In this document: piece after piece, positions 23,941-37,400 of the stretch
How the letters are laid out: every line of letters begins with the position of its first letter
How positions within the stretch are numbered: the stretch's first letter is position 1
Assembly (NCBI GenBank): GCA_050084985.1
Contig: JBITNC010000001.1
Coordinates: forward strand, 134,850,001 to 134,914,000
Reading direction: 5' to 3'
DNA: 64,000 nucleotides
From: Nageia nagi
Taxonomy: Eukaryota; Plantae; Pinophyta
Made by a program: the position numbers and the translations under genes
Notes under the pieces: model-generated
What the model was told of the DNA's origin: nothing
What the model saw: the letters and a program-made list of their open reading frames with translations, nothing else
The model's database searches: none

Positions 23941-26900
23941 GTAAATAAGGATCTATTAACAAAATGCTAATATTCAACAAATAATGTATTCTTTCTTTTA
24001 TTTTTTCATGCATTCTTCTCTTGTTTCCAATTCTTTCATTCTTTATTATTCTAAATTAAAGGTCATTGAATGACATCTCTCAACACTATTGTGTTAGGAG
24101 CTAGAGTTTATTCTTTACACTAAATAGAATATTTCAACCTTAAAATCCATGTGAATATAATTTATAATTTTCTTTAGTAGCCTTTCGTACTTTGCTTGTA
24201 TCATGTTTTTAACTAAGTGCTAGCGTAATCAAAATTCCAAAAAGGGTTTAAACATTTAAAAATATTTAATATTTGTAAAAGATAAGCTTTTTTGATAGGT
24301 AAAATATATATAACACTAAAAACAATAAGTGTTTATTGATGATTTTAGATAGAAAGTTGAAGACTAAGTACTAAAAGTCAATAATAAATGAATGATAAAA
24401 GAATATTGAAATTATGCTAATAAAACAATTGAAATGAATGAGTGTAACAAGATGGTTAATCAAAATTTAATCAATTTCCAACATAATAATGAATGAAAAG
24501 AACCAAACATCAATGAAAAAGAGAGTGGTTAGTAAAGATCATAATTTTACTAGTAGGATTGCTTGAGGAGAAAAATGCAATGGATAAAGAATTAAGAATT
24601 ATACTAATTTTTATACAAATTTTGAATGTAAAGTACAAAATTCAATAGGAAGCGATGGTTAGCAAAAATTTTATTTTTTCCAAATATTTAATCAATTAAA
24701 TATATCCAAAGAAATAAAAAAAAATCAAGATTATACCAAAGATTAAGAAGACCATGCTTACTAGAAATCAAGGATTCCAATAGGTTTTTCAAAGAAAAAG
24801 CCATTGAAAGTACAAAATATTTAATAAACCAGTTTAGGTTATAAAAAAATACTAATAAGTATGACAAATCAAATCAACTCCATTACATTTTAAAAGGTAT
24901 TTTAGACATTAATAATACACACTTAAACTTACAATTTTCAAAATTTACTAAAAATAGTTATGACGACAAAGTGTTACTGAAAATCATAGTAAAGGTTAAC
25001 AAGAGTCATATCTATATATAGAAAGTGGTGGAATACTACAATTATCATAGAAGATTTAGTGCAACAATTCCTATATATCATAAATTGATCAATGTTATGA
25101 TAAATAAGCATAAAATTTATGATGACTTACTAATCAAAGATAGAGCTTGACTTTGTAATATAATAACTTGCTTGAACAAAATTATATGATAGCTAAGTTA
25201 GGGGAACAATCTTTTATAGTTATAAATAAAGGTAAATACAATATATCAAATCTCATATCATTTCATATGTTTTCCCTTTATAACTTATTGTATACTTTCA
25301 ATTCTTATTAATGGAAATATTATTTGCTCGTCATACTATAAGTGAGGTTATTAGGTACTTTTTCATTGATATATGGATATTTGTATGCATTAATTTTAAT
25401 ATGGTGCTATTAGTACGAAGTGGTTAAACCCTAAATTAAGGTCAAAATTTCTATTTGTGTTAGAATTATAATGTTATTTAGAGCATTGTGTAATTAATAT
25501 GCTTAGTATATTAATAATTCCCTAAATTTGGTTATTAGGTGATAATGAGGTTCATGCATGGTGGGTAGAATAGTATTCTCCACCCAACTTAAAATAATAT
25601 TTTTAGGTGGAATAGTGTCTCCACTAACAATTAAATGTAATTCTATATTGTAACTTAGGGTTAACTAACCTATTATTGTTAGGTTAGTTAACTACCTAAG
25701 GTTAGTTTTGAGTTCTATAATAGGTCATTTTGTGAAGATTAGTAAGAAGATGAATATGGGAAGTTGTTAGTATAATTCTTAGTTAGTAAAGTCTTAAGCA
25801 TGCAAGCTATGCTTCATGCTAAGGAGAATCATGGTTGAGATCCATATGAGTGTACATTGTTTGAGAGCATAGTGAAAATGAGACCTAAAATGGAGTACTC
25901 CATGTGATGGAGGAACCACTATACATCTTGTGTTACTATGTGATAATGCTTCTTGGGTTCTTAGTTTAGAATGATTGATTGCTATATTTGATGAATATCC
26001 TACAAGTGTTCTTGGGTTATGGAATTCTTCAATTCCATCAAATGGTATCAGAGCTTCCTTATGGGATCTCCTCCAAACTCCAACTTGGAAATTTGAGGTA
26101 ACTCACCTCAAATTAAGGTATATCTATACTCTTATCTTGTTTCAAGTTTTATTTGAAACTTAAATGGTTAGTCCATTTCAATTTCTTATTTTGAAGTTGA
26201 ATCTTGATGTTTATACTCACATGCTTTATTTGAGAATAATAGGCTCAAATTTAAGGTAAAATTATTACCTTAGTCACATGTTAGTAGTATTTCTTGTTTG
26301 CTAAATCTAACACATGTTATAAACTTAGATTGCAAATCTTATGATTTTGAGACTAACATGTGCTAAAATCTAACATTTTATGTTAATTGCATATTAGTAG
26401 TATAAAAGTTGCAAGTTTTTTTTCAATATTTGTTACTAATAAGAAAATTGTAAATAATACTATCTTAAAGAAATGAAGAGGATGATTATCCATCTTTGAG
26501 TAAGTTTGCTTAATATATAACATTACTATTTGTATTTTTTTTTTTTTAAAAGGAGGAAGATAGTATATTTAAAATAAAAAAAAATAAAATATATATATGC
26601 ATTTTATTAAGCAATTTTAAATATGTTATGAAAATTTGAGGAGGAAGCATTATTAAAAATAAATAAATTTGAAAGAGCATTTCGTAGCAAATTATCATAG
26701 ATTTCAATCGTAAGGAAGTTGTATAAGCTTCCAACTCCATGAGTCACCTTCATTAGAGACTGCATGACTCAAGTCTAGGAATTGTGTCCCCCTTCTATCT
26801 TTCTATTGCACCCCCCTTTCTTGCGCTTTTTTTTCCAAAAGGGGTGATGGCAGTGCTAGATATGGAGCTGAAGCATTTAGGATTCTCCACATGACTCACC

Positions 26901-27951
26901 CTAGCTACCATCTTCACCTTGACCATGGCTTCTGGCCCTATGCATTGCTTGAAAGATCTTGCATCAATGGTCATGGTATAAAATCAAAATCAAACTACAT
27001 AGCCATACACCAACAACAATGATGCCATTTGGCAATGCATTTCACACTCTCATAACAAAGATTGCTCATTTCTTCAATACTCCCATATCTAGATGGGAAA
27101 CCCACCATAATCATCTGCAACACCCTTCCTATACATTGACATTGCATAGAAATATAGCTTCCCAAGTTAAACCCACATTCATTTATGTCACTTGCAAGGT
27201 GTTGAACAATCTCACTTCCTCATTCTCATCCTCATTCTCTGATCAGATGAGTTTGCATAAGATTCAGTAGATATATAGTAGCATTATGACCAATCCCATG
27301 GAGGGGATTCACACCAAGGTCATTGAAATAAGCATGGATGCCCTCAACTAGAAGAAGAAAAAGGTGTGCCTTTTCTACTATGCTGAAACCTATGATCTTG
27401 CTTACCAGATTGCTACCAAATCTGATGCCATTGAACTTAGATCCATTACTTGGAGGAATTAAGTGATGTGAAGTCTACAAATCAAATTCTCTACTAAACT
27501 CCTTGACTTTATCACCAAGTGCACATCATTTCTTACCTCTTTTAGAGGTAACTATTCATTCACACCCTCGAATCCTTCTTGCATATTCATGATGCCTTAG
27601 TGATTTCCACATGGTTGATGGAGAGTAGGGCCCATGTGCAATTTGTGTGGCCTCTTTGAAATTTTTTGCTCTCGCTTCGCCTACTTTACATTTCGCCCTA
27701 ACATTGATCGAGCATCTAATATCTACGTCACCCATCCTAACGTATCATGGCTACTAATTGGTCATTGGTTTACCCTCAATTATTTTTTACTTCCCTCAAT
27801 CGGAGTCCCTATGATGGCTGGTAGCTATAAATTATTTTCTTAGCACATAGCATTGAATTTTTTTATCATAAGGGGGTTATTTATTCTTATATAATTATAA
27901 GCAACATTTTTTAATACAATTCATGCTAAAAGTACATAATATAAAATTGTC

Positions 27952-28095
27952 AAGTCAACAAATAGTTGGTGGAGGATTGACATGGGGTACATTACAAAAA
28001 ACAAAAGTCCACAAATAGTTGGTGGAGGATTAACATGGGGTACATTAAAAAAAAATCAATAAATAGTTGGTGGAGGATTGACATGGGGTACATTA
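27952..28095. repeat. Tandem repeat, 3 copies of about 50 bp
   Basis: AAATAGTTGGTGGAGGATT(G/A)ACATGGGGTACATTA separated by A-rich linkers. Confidence 0.9.
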
Positions 28096-31000
28096 AACTA
28101 TTTTAATGGAGAACTTAACAAGGAGATACATCACTAAAGTGGTTATGTGGTATCCTATGCTAACTAATTTTAAGTGGGCATTCACTATTTTTAATAGTGA
28201 TATTACACTAATATTTCTTACATACAAAGTAGCAATGTTTTTTTAATGGAGGTACATTTTTTTCTTATGGAGGCAAAATTAATGGAGATTCTTTAATTAT
28301 TTATTTATTCACACCACAACATTATTTATTTAAGTGTGAAATATTTAAATACACAACACATTAATGGATTAAAATTAATACACTTTGAGGTATGTAACAC
28401 TTATGTTACTTTTATCCCACACATGTTATGCTATGGTGTTTCAAACACTTTACTTTTGCCTTTGTTTCATTCTACAAGCATGCAGGTTCATTCATTGGGT
28501 AATCTCGCATTACTGCGTGCCTTCATCAAGTGATCATACTCACATTTTTTACTCCTATACCTCTTTTCATGCATTTTTTTCTTCTGTCCTTTATTACAAC
28601 AAAGCAAATAGGGGAGGATGCATTCCATATTATTTTTAAGTAAAAAGGGGAAAAAGTTTATGAGTATTTTTCTTAATTTTTAGATCCTCCTAACAATTTG
28701 CATGTCTTTTATTTTGTGATAAAATCTTTATGTCAAAGTATGGAATGCCTATTATTGGATTTTTTAGATCACTTAATTTTTTTTAAAAGACATGCTTATC
28801 ACTTAATTTTTTAAGCTAATAATGCATGCTTAGAACTTAATTTTTAAGTTGAAGTAATGCATGATTATTACTTAAGTTATGATGCCTTTTTATGCAAGTT
28901 ATGAGAATAATGCATTTGTTTTGATGCTTAAAGCTTAATTTTAAGAACTTAACTTTTTAAATTAATGCTTAGAACTTAGTTTTTAAGATGAATGAATGCA
29001 TGTTGAGTATTTATCCTTATGCAAAGTATGGAATGGACTTGTGCAAAAATGTGTATACTTCAAAATTAAGTATTTTATGCACTAATCCTTGGTTGACTAA
29101 TCTTTGCTTGCAAAAGTTAGCACTACCTATGAATTCATATACTTATACAAATAAGCATTATCTATATTGCATTATTGTGTTTTATGTGCATCATTGTTTA
29201 AGATGTCCTTAAATTGAAATTATTGCATTTGAGGTTTTTTGCTTATCTTGAGAATTTGAAAATTTATCGAATAAACAATTTGGTATAAGATAGAAGCAAA
29301 AATAATTCTTATTAATTATACAATGTTCCACTCACATGCCCAAATGGATAGCCAAACTAAGTAGAATCTTCAGCATGATCAAGAGAGTTGGAGTTAGAAC
29401 TCTCAGAATCTATGATAGGCAAATTGGGTATATTGAATAAAGTAGCACAAGTGATTGGAAAGAAATCACACCTGATATCGAAAAATGGGTAGTAAACACA
29501 TTGATCCCCTTCTCAAGTTAGTCTTGAAACATAAGTGGACTCCAAATGAAGATCTCAATGCCATACTGTAAATGCAATGATATAGGGGTGATAGTACTCA
29601 TGAGGATGCAACATGGTAGGACCTACATAGTGCAAAAAATAGAAGACAAAAGGTGACTATAAATAGTAAAGGATGATTTTTTGTGTCCAATTTGGATGAT
29701 AGATAAATTTGATTATGAGTTGCAACTGCTCGACATCCTCCAAATGATGGATAAAATAGATGGCCATTGAAGGAGACTTCGATGACCCTGTATGTGAACC
29801 AAGTTTTATTGCAAAGTAGTCTGTAGCATAGTGCAAACACGTTGTGACTCGACCTTGAATACATTGATAAAGAACTTCTTAAGGAAGATCAATATGAAGA
29901 CCTTCAAAAATGGTCATATCCATGATAAATGACAAGTGAGTCAAATCTCTCTTAAGGTTTGTTACATAAGTGAACGTGATGGTGATCAAATAGAATAAAA
30001 TGAACTTATAGAATTACAAACTAACTAGATCATCGATCATAAATAGGAACATCAAAATGAATTAACTATGCAAGCACAATAACCAATCTAATCGTGTACT
30101 TTACTTTAATAAAATGCTAGAAAAGATTCCCACTCATAAGCCCAAGTGGGTGCCACTTACAGCTTGATTAATGCTAGTATGGTGAATGATCACCAAAATC
30201 TAAAGAATTAGCATCATCTTCAGATATGCTAAAATTGGGTGTGCCCAATCCTAAGATGTGAAAGAGGCAAAAAGCGATAAGAAAAAAAAATTGATGACAT
30301 AAAATATCATATCCTCCTTGGTAAGCAATGCAAAAAGAGTACGTGAATGACCATTATAGTCTATGCTGATGAACTACCCATGTAATAGTGAGTGGTTCGA
30401 AATACTTCTATGGATGTAGGGAAGGTGATCTGATGTAGTATATGAATTGCAAAAGATAGCAATTGAATGGGGTATAAACCATTATACAGCATGTCCAATT
30501 AGGTTGACTGAGCAAATGAAATAATCGATGAACATGATTCTCATGATTGACATGAAAAATCATGCAAATACCATAATAATCATCTAGGTACAATTGAAAA
30601 AATACTAGTCACTATTGCAATAAAACCTCAAATGCGATCAAAACATGATTTTCTAAAGTTGCATAAATACTGTGATGCATTATGTTATCTTGGAGATCAC
30701 TCGGTAGGGCATGAAATTGAGAAACATCCATGACATATAACTAAAATTAAAAGATTTTAGCTCAAATAATAAATGCAAAACATCAAATGACAAGCAAGGA
30801 TCCTTTATGGCTATTTATAATGCATATGATTTATATAATCAAACTATAATTTAAATTATGACAACTGGAGAAAAAGATTCATTGGACAATGAATTTACGA
30901 TGACAAAATATCTCACCTACCACTCATTTAATTGATTAATGTCATATGCATCATGCAATATCAAGATGATAATAATGATAGTACCATTAAGCTGCATAAT

Positions 31001-31970
31001 GACTAAGTAATCATTATGCTATTTTTCTCTCTCATCTTGACTATTAAATTGAATAGTTTAATCATGAGCGATAGGTTGATCATCATGACTCCCATAGAGA
31101 ATTTTATCGCACACATGGGAAGTTCCTACCTGAGTTCTCGCAAAGAAACAAACATATAGGCAGACTTAGAGAATGCCTACCTTCGCCATGAACTGGTTGT
31201 AACAAAGGTTAAGATGGAGATAATGGCCCATCATTATAATATGCTACACTAAAAAAAGCTGTATATGTACAGTATTACCATGCACACTTGGTTGAGCATA
31301 ATAAACTACTAGCTGGGAAAAATATATGGGAATTACAAGCAAACGAGAATGAGCTACAAATTAGGCATAATGCAAGCAATAGACACTATGGAATGTGATG
31401 ATTAAAAGGAAAATAGAAGAAAAGGACCTTCTAGTATAAGGATATCCTTTGACATTTTGGTATTCACATTCCAAAGGAAATAGCATCTAAACCTTCTATG
31501 GGTCCTGCAGAAGTTGAACCATAATCTCAATCATAGCAATCAATCGCTCTGGTATGGAATGGAATTTTTTACATAAAAACCACACATCTTTTATTCACCA
31601 ATCCCCTTTCTAAAGTAGGATTGGTGAAATGTCCCTTTAGGGTGAGTATTGGTTGAATTCTTATTGAATTCTTTATTTGCTATTATAATATGTATGCACA
31701 CTTTCTCAAATCCAAATCCTTTATTTCCAAAAGAAAGTTCTTGATGAAACAACTGCAGCTTTGTTCATCTTTTTTTTTTACTTCCATGTTGGAAAGGTGG
31801 ATCCATTTTGATGGATTATGTTAGATAGCTAAATTCAAGCATCTTTTGTTGATGGCTTTTGTTACATGCATCTTTAGTTGACTTTATTCTGTATAGTATT
31901 GATTTTGTTGTACACCTTCATGGTAAGTTCACTCTTCATGAGGAACTTATTGTACAACTTGGCCAATCTT

Positions 31971-32270
31971 GCACTATTTAGTTATCCATATGTGAGGAAC
32001 TCTTATGTGTCATTTGGCACTATTTAGTTATCCATATGTGAGGAACTCATATGTGCATACTTTATTTTGATCTAAAACTATTAAGTTATTCATATGTAAG
32101 GAACTCTTATGTGTTATTTGTCATTATTCAGTTATCCATATGTGAGGAACTCGTATGTGCATGCTTTATTTTGATCTAGCACTTTTCAGTTATCCATGTG
32201 AGGAACTCTTATGTGTATTTTGGCATTGTTCAGTTATCCATATGTGAGGAACTTGTATGTGCATGCTCTC
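31971..32270 (+). repeat. Higher-order tandem repeat: (46+58 bp) x3, six hairpin monomers
   Basis: Core AGTTATCCATATGTGAGGAACTC.TATGTG in units starting near 31971, 32017, 32075, 32121, 32179 and 32223. Confidence 0.92.
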
Positions 32271-32309
32271 TTTTGTAATGATAATCAACACATGTTTTAT
32301 ATACAGCAG

Positions 32310-32498
32310 GTGACTATAAGTATTGGCTTGGCATCCTCCGTGATAACTTATAGTGCACCATAAATTTCACGTATCTTTTGTTGACTATAAATATTGGCTT
32401 GACATCGTTCATAATGATTTATAGTGCAACATAAATCCAAGTATCTTTTGGTGACTATAAGTATTGGCTTGGCATCTCTGTGATGACTTATAGTGCAC
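32310..32498 (+). repeat. Tandem repeat, about 70 bp x 2.7, palindromic monomer
   Basis: GTGACTATAAGT...ACTTATAGTGCAC at 32310, 32381 and 32451. Confidence 0.9.
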
Positions 32499-32647
32499 TA
32501 ATGGCCACACTCTATTCTACTTCCATGATGATGGATTATTTACATATTGTTGATGAAATTTGAATCATTTCGATTGATTCATGCTACCACTTTCATCATT
32601 TCCCTTTTAACTAGTAGCATGGTTAAGATGGACTTTTCATTATAAAA

Positions 32648-32860
32648 TCTTGGCTCACTCTTGCTAAAGTCAAGTTTATTTGTTATGATATCTTGACTCA
32701 CTCTTGGTAAAGTCAAGTTTATTTATTGTGGCATCTTGACTCACATTTGGTAAAGTCAAGCTTATTTCTTATGCCTTCTTGACTCACTCTTGGTAAAGTC
32801 ATGTATATTTTATGTGACATCTTAGTTCCTCTTAGTACAGTCACATTTCTATATGGCACC
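32648..32860 (+). repeat. Tandem repeat, 43 bp x5, palindromic monomer
   Basis: TCTTGACTCACTCTTGGTAAAGTCAAG at 32648, 32691, 32734, 32777 and (degenerate) 32820. Confidence 0.92.
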
Positions 32861-34418
32861 TTATGGATTTATGCATCTTAATGTGGTAATTAAGATGGCA
32901 TTTTGTGCCTTATGATATTTGTTTTGCCTTTATATATTACCATCAATATTGGTCTCGTTAGCATTTATTCTTGGTTGATTCATGTATTTGTTTGCTGAAG
33001 TTATCATCAAGGGGGAGAAAATGCTAGGTTGGTTGTATTGTTGTGATGACACCCCTCATATAAAACAAATACAATAACAAGAAACAAATATAAAAGAAAG
33101 AATGATAAATAGCAAAGATAAATGAAAGTATCACTTTTTTAATTTTGGATGCATATCAATTGGTTGATAGTGCACATGTCTTGATATATGCACATGTGAT
33201 ATTCTTAGATATCATAGTTGATGATTTATGTCATCCTTGTTGTTGTGCATTTATGATTTCTTGACATCTTTATATGCTTTATTGTGATCAATGTATGGAT
33301 AGTATGATTCAATTCATGTTGATATGAATGTATAATGTTTTTAACTGATCTTATTATAAGCTGATTATAGTTTGCAGGTTTCCTCTAAGAGATAACAGGT
33401 TACTTATGACAGCAGCTATGAGACTTCTTTTTTTTGGTAGTTGGATCTTCAACCTTCTTTCCTTTATATAAAGTCTCAAAAGGTCTCCTTTCTCTCAAAA
33501 TTGTAAATTTTTATTTGGCTATATGTACACTTTGTAGCATGAGTAAAACCTCTTTATATAATCATTATTTTTCTAATCATTCCCAAAATAACATTAAGGG
33601 GGAGTTTTAGAATTATAATGTTATTTAGGGCATTGTGTAATTAATATGCTTAGAATATTAATAATTTGTTAAATTTGGTTATTAGGTGATAATGAGGTCC
33701 ATGCATGGTGGGTAAAATAGTATTCTCCACCCAACTTAAAATAATATTGTTAGGTGGAATAGTGTTTCCACTAATAATTAAATGTAATTCTATATTGTAA
33801 CTTAGGGTTAACTAACCTATTGTGGTTAGGTTAGTTAACTACCTAAGGTTAGTTTTGAGTCCTATAAAAGGAGCTCATTTTGTGAAGATTAGTAAGAAGA
33901 TGAAGTGGGAAGTTGTTATTATAAATCTTAGTTAGTAAGGTCTTAAGCATGCAAGTTATGCTTCATGCTAAGAAGAGTCATGGTTGAGATCCATATGAGT
34001 GTACATTGTTTAAGAGTATAGTGAAAATAAGACCTAAAATGGAGTACTCCATGTGATGGAGGAACCACTATACATTTTGTGTTACTATGTGAGAATGCTT
34101 CTTAAGTTCTTAATTTAGAATGATTGATTGCTATATTTGATAAAGGTCCTACAAGTATTCTTGGGTTATGGAATCCTTCAATTCCATGAATTTGTTCTCG
34201 AGTTTAACTTAGCTTTAGATTTATTTAAAGGATTAATCTTAAAAATTTTATCCCTATCTATCTCTAATCTTTAACCTCTTTCAAAATTTATTTTTGTAAA
34301 AAGGAACCAACCTTTTCTATAGACTACGTAATCAAGTGAATAGGTCTCAAACTATTTCCTTCTTCAAGAAAGTCTTTATTTGTCTTGTATTATATGTATA
34401 GGGCATAATTATAGATGT

Positions 34419-37400
34419 TGTAGATGCCTGAAAATGAATTATTATTTATTAAATAATTTATTTTATAGCATCAAGGAATATTTTTTGTAAAGAGGGTTAA
34501 AATATACCCAAGGCAATGTAATGGACCATTGTACAACGTATAAGATGTTGAATATCAAAACAGACACAACAAATAATTTAGAAGGTAATGATCCCAAGAA
34601 TCAAAAGGGATCAAAATGTTGTTATAAAAGAATATCAAAGGGAACATAAACAAAATTGGTTGATATCAAATAAATATCGATGTATAATATCATCTGATCT
34701 AATAAAACAAAGGTATTTCATAACACTGCCTCTTCATAGATTTGTTACATGCTTCGTTATGCTTTCACACATTTCAATTTCTAGGTGTGGATCTGCATCT
34801 TTTACGTTGCTAACTGCATGCTCTTAGGCTATTGGCAATATTCATTTCTTATGGTTTATTACTATGATTGATGTATGATTCTTGTTATTTCATTTGGATG
34901 TGGATCTAACAAGGGTACATTATTTATCATGTTTAGTTGATGTTATTTTTTTGATATATACTTCAATATTACATTATAGACAAATAGTGCATTGATTTAT
35001 TATTTATACATTATTTTTAATTTACATTTTGGTGAACCTGACTATTTCAATTAATCTTGCCCTACCAACGAGATCTTGTGAAATTTTTGTAAAGGATTAA
35101 TGTTGTTAACATTGTGAAAAGAATATTTTTAGGCCATTAGTGATATGAAAAATGGAGCAAATTATAATGAAATTAGCCAAATCAATGGTTTTAATGCATA
35201 GTTCAGGTAGTAATTTATAGTCAGTTCTAGATCCAACAATTGCTGCAAGGTTAGCCAATTTTGGGACTTATAAGAGATCCTAACAAAAAGAGGAAGATTA
35301 TGATAGTGTCTTCGCCTCATCCTTGTTAGATGATATTTACAATTATCCCCTACCACTTGAACACAAGGCCCCTAAATTTGAGATGTTTAGCGGTAAATAA
35401 GACCCAAAGCAAAATCTTATTAGCTTTTAGGAGGAGTGCTTATTGAAACTGGGATCATAAGAGAAGTTGATGGTAAAGTTTTTCCCAAGGAGTTTAAAAG
35501 GTGATGCTAGCCAATGGTTCTACAATTTGTTGGGGGGATCCATAGATTCATTCAACTCATTGGTACAAGTATTCATGGGTAAATACAAGCATAATGTTAA
35601 AGAGCAAGGAACTATTACAAAGTTATGCGCCTTGCACCAAGGAAAAAATGAAACCCTAGAGAAGTATATTTCGAGATTCAAAAAGGTATGGCAATCTATT
35701 CATAGCAAATTGGATGAGGGTAAAATTTATGGCATCTTTAGAGACTCTATTTTGCCTATTATTAATTTGCATGCTCCAAGTGGCAAGGGTATGGGATTTG
35801 GGGTATTAGTAAAAGAATTATTACAAAAAGAGAATTTTTTACTTGAGGTAGGAGATCTCAAGTATACATATACTCCTTACAATAAGGATAATTATAGGAC
35901 ATACACAAATAAGGAAGAAAAAATAGTGAATATAGTTGATGCACCTGCATCTCCCCCTAAATTAACAATATCAGCTATAATAAGAGATAAAAGCTATACG
36001 TTTCCAATTTAGCCAAGATTTATTATGAGATATCTTATAAAAAGGGGTTTATTGTAGCCATTGGAGAGAACATCACAAGATGATAGTGTCCCAATGGGAA
36101 CTTCGGATGCTTATTGTACTTACTATCAAAGAAAAAGTCATTCTACAAATTTTTGTAAAGCATTAGAAGCTAGGATTTCGGATCTTATTGCAAAAGGGAG
36201 ATACAAATATAATAAAAAAGATTTAGATCCAGAGGTAATGGTGAACATAGTTTCAATGGATTAAGAATTTTGTGTTAGATTAGGAAGGGGGCACCCAAGG
36301 CACATTCCAAATCTAGTTATTACTAAAGAAGTAAGTGTCTCACCTGATCCAAAAACTTATAACATGATTGAGCAATTAAAAATTACTCCTGCTAAGATTA
36401 ATTTATATGATCTCATATCTACATTTGAAACACATAGAGAGATCTTATATGCTCTATTAAAAAAAGAAATAGTTTCTACCAATATTTCTGCTACCGTATT
36501 TTCAAAAAAACTTAGATCTATTAAGGAATGTGATGGAATTTCATTTTATAGATTTGAAAAGCTAAGTAAAAAAATTCTTGCTGAATGTTTAGCTTTGTAT
36601 ATTACACCTATGATCGATAAAAGAACATTGGTAGATAATGGATCAACTGTTAACATATGTTCACATAATTTTTCTATACATCTTCAAGAAAAAGGTGTAG
36701 AGATCCCTCCCTTAGAAGAAGCCACATTTCGAATTAGAGCATATGATAGTTCATCCAAAAATCTAGTGGGAATACCTACAATTTTGGTTACAATAGAAGT
36801 TAAGATAGTTGAAACTCAGTTTCAGGTTGTGGATTCAAAGTTCTCACATAACCTATTGTTAGGAAGACCTTCACTTCACAATATAGATGCAGTACCATTG
36901 ACAGTACATGGCAGGTTGAAATTTGAATATTAGGGTGAGGTACACACAATAATAGGTGATCTATAACCAAATGCCTTATGTAATGCAGAAAACATGGAGG
37001 AATTCATAATGACTTATTGTAGATATGAGATTGTATGTTTGGAAGTAGGTGCATAATTGAGAAATTTTAGAGATATGAATGGGAATGTACATAATTGAGA
37101 ACTTTGATGTGCTAGCATTCATAAAAGATTTGGGACAATAAAAAATTCTCAGTGTTGAAGGCCATCAATGATGTGCTATACTTATTAAACATTGTCAATG
37201 TCATGAAAATAGTGAAGATGATGGGGGTTCTTGCTTTACGACAACGATATCATCAAACATAGTAACCTAAATGATGGATCAAATGATGAACACAATGGGT
37301 AAAACCTTTCCATATCCTTTTGTTCATAAATACATGATTGAAAATTACAAATACAAAGGAGGGGGTTTAGGCAAATTAGAATAGGGTACGTCTTTTTTTC

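Larger units (their letters stand above)
25458..34189 (+). mobile_element. Non-autonomous LTR retrotransposon (LARD-like), 8.7 kb
   Basis: LTRs 25458-26040 and 33605-34189 (highly similar); TSD ATTTG; primer-binding site (PBS) TGGTATCAGAGC (tRNA-iMet, 26043-26054); polypurine tract (PPT) TTAAGGGGGAG; no gag/pol motifs recognised internally. Confidence 0.92.

Noticed and set aside
31971-32860. CRISPR-like array (palindromic repeats with variable linkers)
   Set aside because: Linkers are themselves repeated rather than unique spacers, there are no cas genes, and the context is a plant LTR element.
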